Shown here: in pieces, positions 1 to 6,408 of the stretch | How the letters are laid out: each line of letters opens with the position of its first letter | Numbering within the stretch: position 1 is the stretch's first letter | Virus record (IMG/VR): IMGVR_UViG_3300035516_000805 | Source: a virus | Lineage: Duplodnaviria > Heunggongvirae > Uroviricota > Caudoviricetes | DNA length: 11,828 bases | Direction: 5' to 3' (one strand) | Program-made: the position numbers and the translations under genes | Notes under the pieces: generated by a model | What the model was told of the DNA's origin: nothing | The model's database searches: none | Seen by the model: the letters and a program-made list of their open reading frames with translations, nothing else

Positions 1-1
1 A

Positions 2-145
2 GGAGTATTGAATTTTGCATTTATCTATAATGAAGATGAATGGTTAAAAACTTCAATGAAGGACCATTATCCGTGTGTAGGTACAATTAATGAAAATGGT
101 TTTTTAATTAAAAAATCTGAAAATCCGATAGAATTGGAACTTTGA
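2..145 (+). CDS. 3' end of a hypothetical gene entering from the left edge
   Basis: Frame 2 is open from the window edge (GVLNFAFIYNEDEWLKTSMKDHYPCVGTINENGFLIKKSENPIELEL) to TGA at 143-145. A hairpin follows immediately. Confidence 0.6.
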   Translation, partial: GVLNFAFIYNEDEWLKTSMKDHYPCVGTINENGFLIKKSENPIELEL

Positions 146-169
146 CAGTAGCTATAAAATAACTACTGT
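145..169 (+). terminator. Hairpin after the partial gene, possible terminator
   Basis: ACAGTAG (145-151) and CTACTGT (163-169) form an inverted repeat. The T tail is short. Confidence 0.35.
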
Positions 170-191
170 TTAAAAGTTTAGGAGGAAAACT

Positions 192-890
192 ATGATAAAA
201 AGAGACTTATTTAAAAATTCATTTAAAATGTTAGCTTTGTCTTTTGTAACAGCATTAACTTTAACCGGATGCAGTATCGAACTTAAAGTTCCTGATAATT
301 TTTCTGTTAATGAAACAAAAGATGAAGTGATAGATTATGCAGTATATAATATCGCTCAGATAATTGATGATACTAATTTAAAAAATGAAGATGAAATTAA
401 CCAGATAATTGAAGAAATTAATGAAGAACTTAATAATGAGGAACTTTGTGATTTTCAGAAAGCTACATTAGTAAGAGTTGTAGATGGAGATACTATTGTA
501 GTTGATATTGACGGAGAAAATTATAAAGTAAGACTTATCGGTATTGATACACCTGAAAGTGTAGCCTCTCAGGAATACCTTGACAGAACCGGCAAAGAAA
601 ATACTTCAGAAGGTATGGCAGCAAGTGATTATACAAAAGCACTTTTAGAAGACGTTAATGAAGTATATTTACAGAAAGATGTCTCAGATACAGACAGATA
701 TGGCAGGTTACTTCGCTATGTCTGGCTAGAAATTCCTGATAATGATTATGATTTAGGAGAAATCTCTACAAAAATGTTAAACGGTATTTTGGTTACTAAT
801 CATATTGCTAATGTTGCAACGTATAAACCGGATGTAGCCCACAGTGATGATTTTACATATTTGTATGAACATAATGATGAATTTAGATAA
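192..890 (+). CDS. Thermonuclease (staphylococcal nuclease family) lipoprotein
   Basis: GGAGG RBS. Signal peptide with lipobox LTGC. SNase motifs VVDGDT, VRLIGIDTPE and DRYGRLLRYV are intact. An acidic linker separates the lipobox from the nuclease domain. Confidence 0.92.
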   Translation: MIKRDLFKNSFKMLALSFVTALTLTGCSIELKVPDNFSVNETKDEVIDYAVYNIAQIIDDTNLKNEDEINQIIEEINEELNNEELCDFQKATLVRVVDGDTIVVDIDGENYKVRLIGIDTPESVASQEYLDRTGKENTSEGMAASDYTKALLEDVNEVYLQKDVSDTDRYGRLLRYVWLEIPDNDYDLGEISTKMLNGILVTNHIANVATYKPDVAHSDDFTYLYEHNDEFR

Positions 891-951
891 AGTATAAGTG
901 AAAACTATAGGTATAAAAAACATAGATAAATTAGAAGATTTTCTGTAATAG

Positions 952-981
952 TAGATTTCTTAGATATGATTATGTTATATT
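952..981 (+). promoter_or_regulatory. Possible sigma-A promoter for the HipA-like gene
   Basis: Extended -10 TGtTATATT (973-981) with a weak -35 TAGATT (952-957) at 18 bp spacing. The AT-rich background makes chance matches likely. Confidence 0.3.
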
Positions 982-1017
982 AATAGTAAGAGAAAAGTTT
1001 TTAAGAAGGGATAAACT

Positions 1018-1572
1018 ATGATATACAATCTCTATCATAAAACTGACCTTGTTTGTACTGTAAAGTTAAGTCAACACGGAATAGTTCAAGCAGCCAGTCT
1101 TTTAAAACAGAATATTAAAGATTTGCCTTTACCTATAAAATGGTGTTTAAAAGATAAAGCCTTGATAGATACTGAGACAGAAGACTCTATCATTTTAAAT
1201 GAAGAAGGTATTTATTATGTTGATGAATGGCTGCAAAATAGAGAAATTCCGATTAATCGTCAGCAATTACAAAAATACATAGACAGAGGAAAAACAGTAA
1301 GAAAATGGATGCTGGAAAACTATGCTTTTTCTTTTACTGACTGCTATTGGATAAAACCTGATACAGAACTTTTATCTTGGAAAGACATTTTAAGATTAAA
1401 AGAAGATGTGGATGAATATTCTATCTGTAAAAATGTTCAAAAATATAAAGGTAATAATTCTACTTTAGGTGGAGAATTGGAAAAGTATTGGTATAAAAAA
1501 GATAATGAGTTATATTTATGTAAAAAAAATGAGCCAAACTATGTGAAAAGACTGGTGAAACAGTTGGGATAG
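1018..1572 (+). pseudogene. Truncated HipA/CtkA-like kinase (N-terminal part only), last residues read from TnpB DNA
   Basis: Motifs EWLQNREIP, AFSFTDCYWIKP and STLGGELEKYW...YLCK match Firmicutes HipA-like kinases up to the ATP-binding lysine. The catalytic core is missing. The final codons overlap TnpB sequence in another frame. Confidence 0.72.
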
Positions 1573-2135
1573 ATTTAGGAATCGTAGATTTTGCAATATT
1601 TTCTGATGGAACTAAAATAGAAAATCCTAGATTTTATGAAAAATCAGAAAAGAAACTTGCTAAATTGCAAAGAGAACTTTCAAGAAAAACAATTGGTAGT
1701 TCAAATTGGAATAAAGCAAGAATTAAAGTTGCAAATTTACAGAAACATATTTCTAATCAACGAAATGATTTCTTGCATAAATTGACTACTGATATTGTAA
1801 AACAATATGATGTAATATGTCTTGAAGACCTCGATATAAAATCTATGAAAGAAACTGATTTAAAAATAAGAAATAAGCATATGAATGATATTTCTTTGTC
1901 AGAATTTTGTAGACAGATTACATATAAATCTCAATGGTATGGGAAGATAACATCTGTAATAGATAAATATTATCCATCTTCTCAGATATGTCATGTCTGT
2001 GGTTATAGAGATGGTAAGAAATCTGTGGATATTAGAAAATGGATTTGTCCTAATTGTCATTCTGAATTAGATAGGGACGAAAATGCTGCTATTAATATTG
2101 AGAATGAAGGATTAAGAATATTAGAAATAGCTTAA
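1533..2135 (+). pseudogene. tnpB: IS200/IS605-family TnpB, C-terminal half only (RuvC and Zn finger)
   Basis: The frame of ORF 1665-2135 is open back to 1533: KLCEKTGETVGIDLG (RuvC-I D), VICLEDL (RuvC-II E), CHVCG...CPNC Zn finger, DRDENAAINI (RuvC-III D). There is no start codon with RBS and no N-terminal HTH/WED/REC region. Confidence 0.92.
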
Positions 2136-2256
2136 TATATATTATCTAGGGTAGGAACTATCCGAAGTTACGCCTATGGAGATGGAGGTTACGAAATCTG
2201 TGAAATAGGAATCTCGTGGCTTTAGCCATGAGAGGTTCAACCGAAGGTAAAGACAT
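2136..2256 (+). ncRNA. TnpB omega-RNA (reRNA) scaffold plus putative guide
   Basis: Typical post-tnpB scaffold: GGGTAG-GAA-CTATCC hairpin, TTACGCCTATGGAGA...ATAGGAA long-range pairing and terminal hairpin, ending at TCAA 2240. The following ~16 nt would be the guide. The 5' end may extend into tnpB. Confidence 0.7.
2209..2240 (+). mobile_element. IS200/IS605 right end
   Basis: GAAT guide (2209-2212), hairpin CTCGTGGC-TTTA-GCCATGAG (2213-2232), then TCAA (2237-2240). This is the same guide and cleavage pair as the IS608 right end. Confidence 0.88.
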
Positions 2257-2395
2257 TATAATGCTTTGCTTTGAAAAATCTTCGGATTTCTGCCATAGAC
2301 ATATTATTGCAGAAGAAATGTCTAAAGCATTGAACATTGATATTATAGAATTTGGTAGTGAACTTCAAAAGTCAGACTCAGAAATTGGCAGATAA
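2241..2395 (+). pseudogene. 3' remnant of a DUF488-like gene interrupted by the IS
   Basis: Directly after the IS end the frame reads EGKDIIMLCFEKSSDFCHRHIIAEEMSKALNIDIIEF...GR*. The LCxE...CHRH motif is typical of the DUF488 C-terminus. The 5' half is not in the window. Confidence 0.7.
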
Positions 2396-2400
2396 AGAAT

Positions 2401-2434
2401 AAAAAATAAGGAATAATATTATTCCTTATTTTTT
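2401..2434. terminator. Bidirectional intrinsic terminator
   Basis: Perfect 34-bp palindrome AAAAAATAAGGAATAAT/ATTATTCCTTATTTTTT just after the DUF488 stop. Confidence 0.75.
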
Positions 2435-2444
2435 TACTCAAGTA

Positions 2445-2474
2445 TTGACATTAATAGTAATTCAATGTCATACT
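2445..2474 (+). promoter_or_regulatory. Sigma-A promoter overlapped by an operator-like palindrome
   Basis: Perfect TTGACA (2445-2450) and CATACT (2469-2474) at 18 bp spacing. The inverted repeat TGACATT-N11-AATGTCA (2446-2470) covers both boxes. Confidence 0.55.
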
Positions 2475-2505
2475 AATAATAGAAAAAATAGTTATCTAAG
2501 AAAGG

Positions 2506-2913
2506 ATGATTTATATGATAAATTATAAAAAGGAAGTAGCAAAAGCACTTAATATAACAATGACAGAAAAATTATTTTTTGCTCATCCAAATACATTAAC
2601 TTATTATTTAGATAAATTTTTAAATCCACAGGAAAAAGAAAATATTAAAAGAGATTTTCAATTAGCTGTTCTTGTAGGGGAATATAAAGAAAATGAATAT
2701 GCTAAATTTAAAAAATACAGACTTGAAGAAGACAAGGTTATAATTGATATTTTGCAAAAGAAAAGAATGGCAAAAAAGGAACGTCAAAGAAAACTTGAAG
2801 AAGAACTTAAGAAAATTGATGAAGAAGAGATACCGGAGGAAACTTTTGAAGAATTTTTAGCTAAAAGACATGCTGAAAATGCCGAAAATGCCGAAAATGC
2901 TGAAGAAGTATAA
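2506..2913 (+). CDS. Hypothetical protein with charged coiled-coil C-terminus (true start probably ATG 2515)
   Basis: ORF track. AAGGA RBS is best spaced to ATG 2515. The protein ends in AENAENAENAEE. Confidence 0.75.
   Translation: MIYMINYKKEVAKALNITMTEKLFFAHPNTLTYYLDKFLNPQEKENIKRDFQLAVLVGEYKENEYAKFKKYRLEEDKVIIDILQKKRMAKKERQRKLEEELKKIDEEEIPEETFEEFLAKRHAENAENAENAEEV
2872..2907 (+). repeat. 9-bp coding tandem repeat (GCYGAAAAT x3 plus GCTGAAGAA)
   Basis: Read directly from the sequence. Encodes AEN repeats. Confidence 0.85.
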
Positions 2914-2943
2914 TTTAAATATTGTTTAAGTTAATAGAGGGAA

Positions 2944-3225
2944 GTGCTGAGAATGTTAAAATGGCATATGATACAAAATTATAATAAAGACATATTGGCA
3001 GAAGTAAACATTGAAAATGGTGTAAAACTTCCCGAAATTAATAGAAAATTATTATTTGAAAGACAAGATGGAAAATTATTTCTTGGTGAATTTCAAGAAA
3101 AGAAAGATGGAATTTTTGGATTCGTTACTTTTACTGGTGGAACTGCTCATATAATTGATGATATTGGACTAAGTGGCAATAATATCAATGGAGTTCTATG
3201 GACTTATTTTGATATAGCAGAATAG
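2944..3225 (+). CDS. Hypothetical protein
   Basis: ORF track. GAGGG RBS precedes GTG 2944 and ATG 2953. No confident family assignment. Confidence 0.7.
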   Translation: MLRMLKWHMIQNYNKDILAEVNIENGVKLPEINRKLLFERQDGKLFLGEFQEKKDGIFGFVTFTGGTAHIIDDIGLSGNNINGVLWTYFDIAE

Positions 3226-3228
3226 AAA

Positions 3229-3269
3229 CTTGGATAGTAGTTCTGAAAGGAACTACTATCAGTAGTGTT
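3229..3269. repeat. Hairpin module (possible terminator), inverted copy of 11702-11738
   Basis: GATAGTAGTTC-tgaaag-GAACTACTATC (3233-3260) plus flank AGTAGTGTT. Its reverse complement shares AACACTACTGATAGTAGT and ACTACTATC(C/T)AAG with 11702-11738. Confidence 0.8.
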
Positions 3270-3295
3270 AGTAGTCTTTAAATTTATTGGAAACA

Positions 3296-3376
3296 GGGAA
3301 GGGGTTTATAACCCAGAGGCTTTTATTGGAATAAACAAAGCTCCTCCCACAGCCTAAAGGCAGTGGGTTTCTGCTT
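3296..3376 (-). mobile_element. Isolated IS200/IS605-type end, probable non-autonomous remnant
   Basis: Minus-strand hairpin CCCACTGCC-TTTA-GGCTGTGGG (3346-3367) preceded by GAAA, with TCAT at 3377-3380. There are extra GC-rich hairpins at 3302-3341. No transposase gene is attached. Confidence 0.6.
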
Positions 3377-3400
3377 ATGACTATATGGAGGTTGATTTTT

Positions 3401-3796
3401 ATGAAAGAATATTTTACTAAGTTTAAAAAGATAATTGATATCTATATGCCAGACTACGGAGAAGGTGAGACAAAAGCTTCTCAGATTGTAACGGCTGTTA
3501 GCAATTTAATTTACAAATTTTATATTAATGGAGATGTTTTTGATAATACATATCATTTAGATGGAGATTTAAACGATATATCAAGTTATGCTAATTGGTT
3601 ATATGAATATGTTAATGAAACGGATGAAATTCTTTTAAAGATTTCTAATTGTTATAATTACAATGATTATGAAAATTTACTAAAAGAACTTGCAGATTTA
3701 CTACTAAATGAAGCTTATTTAGATGAACAAAATCAGCAAAATAAAATTGGTAGTATTTATCACTGTAACGGTAATTTTAAATTCAATTTTAAATAA
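3401..3796 (+). CDS. Hypothetical protein (start reassigned from 3377 to ATG 3401)
   Basis: GGAGG RBS at about 3386-3390 precedes ATG 3401. The Tyr/Asp/Asn-rich protein contains YMPDYGEGETKASQ...YKFYINGDVFDN. Function unknown. Confidence 0.75.
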   Translation: MKEYFTKFKKIIDIYMPDYGEGETKASQIVTAVSNLIYKFYINGDVFDNTYHLDGDLNDISSYANWLYEYVNETDEILLKISNCYNYNDYENLLKELADLLLNEAYLDEQNQQNKIGSIYHCNGNFKFNFK

Positions 3797-3819
3797 TTTA
3801 ACTATGATGAGGATATAAC

Positions 3820-4015
3820 ATGAATACATTAATCTTTTTCACTTTGCATATAATGACTTTGATAATCAGTGTGCTTTGGTTTGATATTGCTACAAGTCTG
3901 TATTCAATTTTAAATATGGTATTATATATTATAGATTATTTTGCAGTATTGTAGGATTAATAGTTTTACTACTTTTGGTTATCCATCAAAGAAAATCTAT
4001 AAAAATTAAATTTAC
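3820..4015 (+). pseudogene. Small membrane-protein gene, apparently frameshifted (missed by the ORF track)
   Basis: GAGGA RBS and ATG 3820 give a hydrophobic 44-aa ORF to TAG 3954. The -1 frame (open from 3885) continues KSVFNFKYGIIYYRLFCSIVGLIVLLLLVIHQRKSIKIKFT, a second TM helix with a basic tail, running into the IS-like end. Confidence 0.45.
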
Positions 4016-4059
4016 AAAGAGCTGGCAAAGTCCCGATGCTTTAGCTTCGGGCTGTTCAA
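4012..4059 (+). mobile_element. Isolated IS200/IS605-type end (PATE-like)
   Basis: TTAC (4012-4015), AAAG (4027-4030), hairpin CCCGATGC-TTTA-GCTTCGGG (4032-4051), then CTGTTCAA. The GTTCAA lies at the same offset from the hairpin as in the right end at 2240. Confidence 0.65.
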
Positions 4060-4086
4060 TATTAAATGTAAAATACAGGGTGTGAT

Positions 4087-4497
4087 GTGATGAATACTAC
4101 CAACAATATAGATTTTGGAAAAATGTATTTGGATTGGCTAAAACAGAATATAGACCAGTATTCAGTAAATGACCATACGTTTAGAATTACTTTACCATTT
4201 TCGAATAGAAATAATGATATGGTTGAAATGTATATTATAGATGAAAAAAATGGTAATTTCAAATTAACAGATGATGGAATAACTATTAGTGATTTAAAAT
4301 TGTCCGGTTTCGATTATTCAATTAATGAAAAGCGCAAAGTAATATTACAGTCTATAATAACCGCATATGGAGTGATAAAAACTGATAATGATGAACTGGT
4401 GATAAAATGTACATTGAGTGATTTATCATTAAAGATACATATGTTGGCACAATGTATAATTAAAATTAGTGATTTATTGATAATATTATATACATAG
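4087..4497 (+). CDS. DUF1828 domain protein lacking the usual DUF1829 C-terminal domain
   Basis: ITLPFSNRNNDMVEMYI, FKLTDDGITISDLKLSG and KIHMLAQCIIKISDL match my recollection of DUF1828. The ORF stops immediately after the domain. Confidence 0.72.
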   Translation: MMNTTNNIDFGKMYLDWLKQNIDQYSVNDHTFRITLPFSNRNNDMVEMYIIDEKNGNFKLTDDGITISDLKLSGFDYSINEKRKVILQSIITAYGVIKTDNDELVIKCTLSDLSLKIHMLAQCIIKISDLLIILYT

Positions 4498-4500
4498 TTA

Positions 4501-4535
4501 ATAAACCCTCAAAGTAATTTACCTTGAGGGTTTAT
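4501..4535. terminator. Bidirectional terminator between convergent genes
   Basis: ATAAACCCTCAAAGTAA-T-TTACCTTGAGGGTTTAT, a 17-bp arm with one mismatch, followed by a T-rich tail. Confidence 0.8.
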
Positions 4536-4547
4536 TTATTATTTTCT

Positions 4548-5801
4548 TTATATTTCTTCGATTTTCTTTTTTAGTTCTTCAATTGAATGTTCCTGTTCGT
4601 GTCGAACTTTTCTGCCAAATTGAATATATTCATTACAAATTTGTTTTACCTGTTCTCTGTTTTCATCAGCAATATTATTTAATGCATACTCTAAATCAGT
4701 CATAGCATTTAATTGTTTCTTTATCTTATTAATATCATAATTATTACGTTTCATATATTCAATTAACCATTCTCCAAAAAATGGTTTTAACATTTCAAGT
4801 GCTTCATTAATTGCATTATCTTTATCTTTTTCCATTTTTTCAATAGAAGCCTTTAATTGTTTAATTTCTTTCTTTTGTTCAATATTGTTTCCACGGAAAC
4901 CGGCTTCACGGACTAAGTATTCACGTACAAAGTCCTGCTTTATCTGTTCTTGCTGATAATGAAAATCCTGTGCATCTTTTATTACTCTTTGTGCATATTC
5001 CGGCTTAATTGAACCATCTTCGTTTAATTCCATTAAAGTAGGCTCTAATTCCTTTATTTCAATCTTAGCCCTTCCAATGGTCGCCTGTTTAAAAGCGTGA
5101 ATATCTTCAAAGCCAACAGCTCTTTTAGCATAAGGTACTCCACGTTCCAAACCATAATCTTTACCGACTTCTTCATAATAATCCGTCTGAAGCTTTGCAA
5201 GGTCAGCAGGTCCGTCAATAAAAGATTTACAGTTTAAATGCCCTTTTTTATCAATTGGAATGATATAAGCGTGAATATGCGGTCCAAGTGTTACTTCTTT
5301 TTTGGTTCCATCTTCACTGTATTCAATTTCATGTGTTTCATCCATATGTAAAACACAATGTTTGACATTTTCTTCTCCAAAATGTCTTTTTATAAATTCC
5401 AATGAATCTGCTGCCCACTTTTCAGGGTCGCCGTTAATATCCTGAGTATATTTAATAACACATTCAATTCCTTTAACGCCATTCTTACGAAGTTTTGGTA
5501 TAGTATCTTTTCTCTTTTCAATTTCTCTTGCAAACATTTCTTCATAAGAAACCTGTCTCATTTTTTGATTTCCGTCTTCGTCTAATACCGGTTTATCAAA
5601 TTTATCTAATACCGGTGTTAATGGTAACGGAATCAAATCTTTGTTTAAATATGTCAGTTCCGGATTAATATTCTTAGGTGTATAATTGGGGTCACTACGG
5701 GTGTTATGTTTAAATGCTTCCTGTAATGTTTTACCTTGTCCTTTTAATTCTCTATATTTTCTCACTTTTACAACTCCATAACTATGTCTTCCCTGTACCA
5801 T
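4548..5801 (-). CDS. mob: MOBV (Mob/Pre, plasmid recombination enzyme family) relaxase
   Basis: Motif I KHNTR, motif II RKNGVKGIECV, motif III LHMDE...PHIH, LQTDYY...YGLERG, and a coiled-coil C-terminus. AAGGAG RBS. Confidence 0.9.
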   Translation of the reverse strand: MVQGRHSYGVVKVRKYRELKGQGKTLQEAFKHNTRSDPNYTPKNINPELTYLNKDLIPLPLTPVLDKFDKPVLDEDGNQKMRQVSYEEMFAREIEKRKDTIPKLRKNGVKGIECVIKYTQDINGDPEKWAADSLEFIKRHFGEENVKHCVLHMDETHEIEYSEDGTKKEVTLGPHIHAYIIPIDKKGHLNCKSFIDGPADLAKLQTDYYEEVGKDYGLERGVPYAKRAVGFEDIHAFKQATIGRAKIEIKELEPTLMELNEDGSIKPEYAQRVIKDAQDFHYQQEQIKQDFVREYLVREAGFRGNNIEQKKEIKQLKASIEKMEKDKDNAINEALEMLKPFFGEWLIEYMKRNNYDINKIKKQLNAMTDLEYALNNIADENREQVKQICNEYIQFGRKVRHEQEHSIEELKKKIEEI

Positions 5802-5900
5802 TTTTATCTCTCCTTTAAAAATTTCTTCTATATAAATAATGTAAAATATATATACACTTTTTAAGGTGAAAATAAATTGTGTAGGAACATAATTGTATAT

Positions 5901-5935
5901 TTATATTAGTTTTCTTTTATAGGAAACTAATATAA
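5901..5935. repeat. 12-bp inverted repeat upstream of mob
   Basis: TTATATTAGTTT (5901-5912) and AAACTAATATAA (5924-5935). Confidence 0.7.
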
Positions 5936-6246
5936 AAAGTCTTTTAATATTCTTTTAAAAATAAATGTTTTTCAATATTTTTTACTATTATTGTGTTTTT
6001 CTTCCTTTTAAAGTAATCTTTTTAAGTCTTAACCATTTAAAAGAACCTTTTAAAGTTTATCCTTTATTTGAAAACTAACTTAGTAAAGGTATAAGTAATA
6101 CTTTTAATGTTTAACACTTTTAAAGTTTTAACAAAAGGATTTACTGTCAATCTTAGTTGTTGCTGCTTAATTTACTTTAAAAGAGTATACTTATATGGTC
6201 TTAATTTTATATCGTTTTCAACTAACTCCGCCTTATTCTTTTATTG

Positions 6247-6383
6247 TTTATACCAATATAGTATGTTCTTTTTTATTATTTGTTTGACTTTAAAAGTCTC
6301 GTTCACCATTTGTTTTACACCTATATAGTGTGTTCTTTTTAAATTTCTTTATTTAATATTTATACAATATAGTGTGTGTTTTT
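6247..6383 (+). repeat. Three ~26-bp direct repeats resembling the MOBV oriT nick region
   Basis: TTTATACCAATATAGTATGTTCTTTTT (6247), TTTACACCTATATAGTGTGTTCTTTTT (6314) and TTTATACAATATAGTGTGTGTTTTT (6359). The core TATAGTGTGTT matches the pMV158-type nic sequence. Confidence 0.6.
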
Positions 6384-6408
6384 ATTGTTTAATAAATTTA
6401 GTTTGTAT

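Noticed and set aside
1515-1560. Programmed -1 frameshift producing a HipA-TnpB fusion protein
   Set aside because: A slip at the A8 run (1522-1529) hits TGA at 1530 in the TnpB frame, and no canonical slippery heptamer lies between 1533 and 1572.
1665-2135. Stand-alone 156-aa mini-TnpB or Cas12f
   Set aside because: The annotated start is an internal TTG without an RBS and lies downstream of RuvC-I. The region is a fragment.
2944-3225. DUF551-like phage protein
   Set aside because: Only the short LPE...DG...G pattern resembles it, which is too weak to call without a profile search.
3346-4059. Composite transposon formed by the two orphan IS hairpins around the 3401 gene
   Set aside because: The hairpins are on opposite strands. 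IS200/IS605 excision needs both ends on the same single strand.
4062-4262. 66-aa minus-strand ORF
   Set aside because: It is antisense to the DUF1828 gene, has no RBS or motif, and is a shadow ORF.
6107-6328. 73-aa plus-strand ORF
   Set aside because: It lies in low-complexity, T-rich, repeat-laden intergenic DNA with no RBS. The hydrophobic look comes from the T bias.
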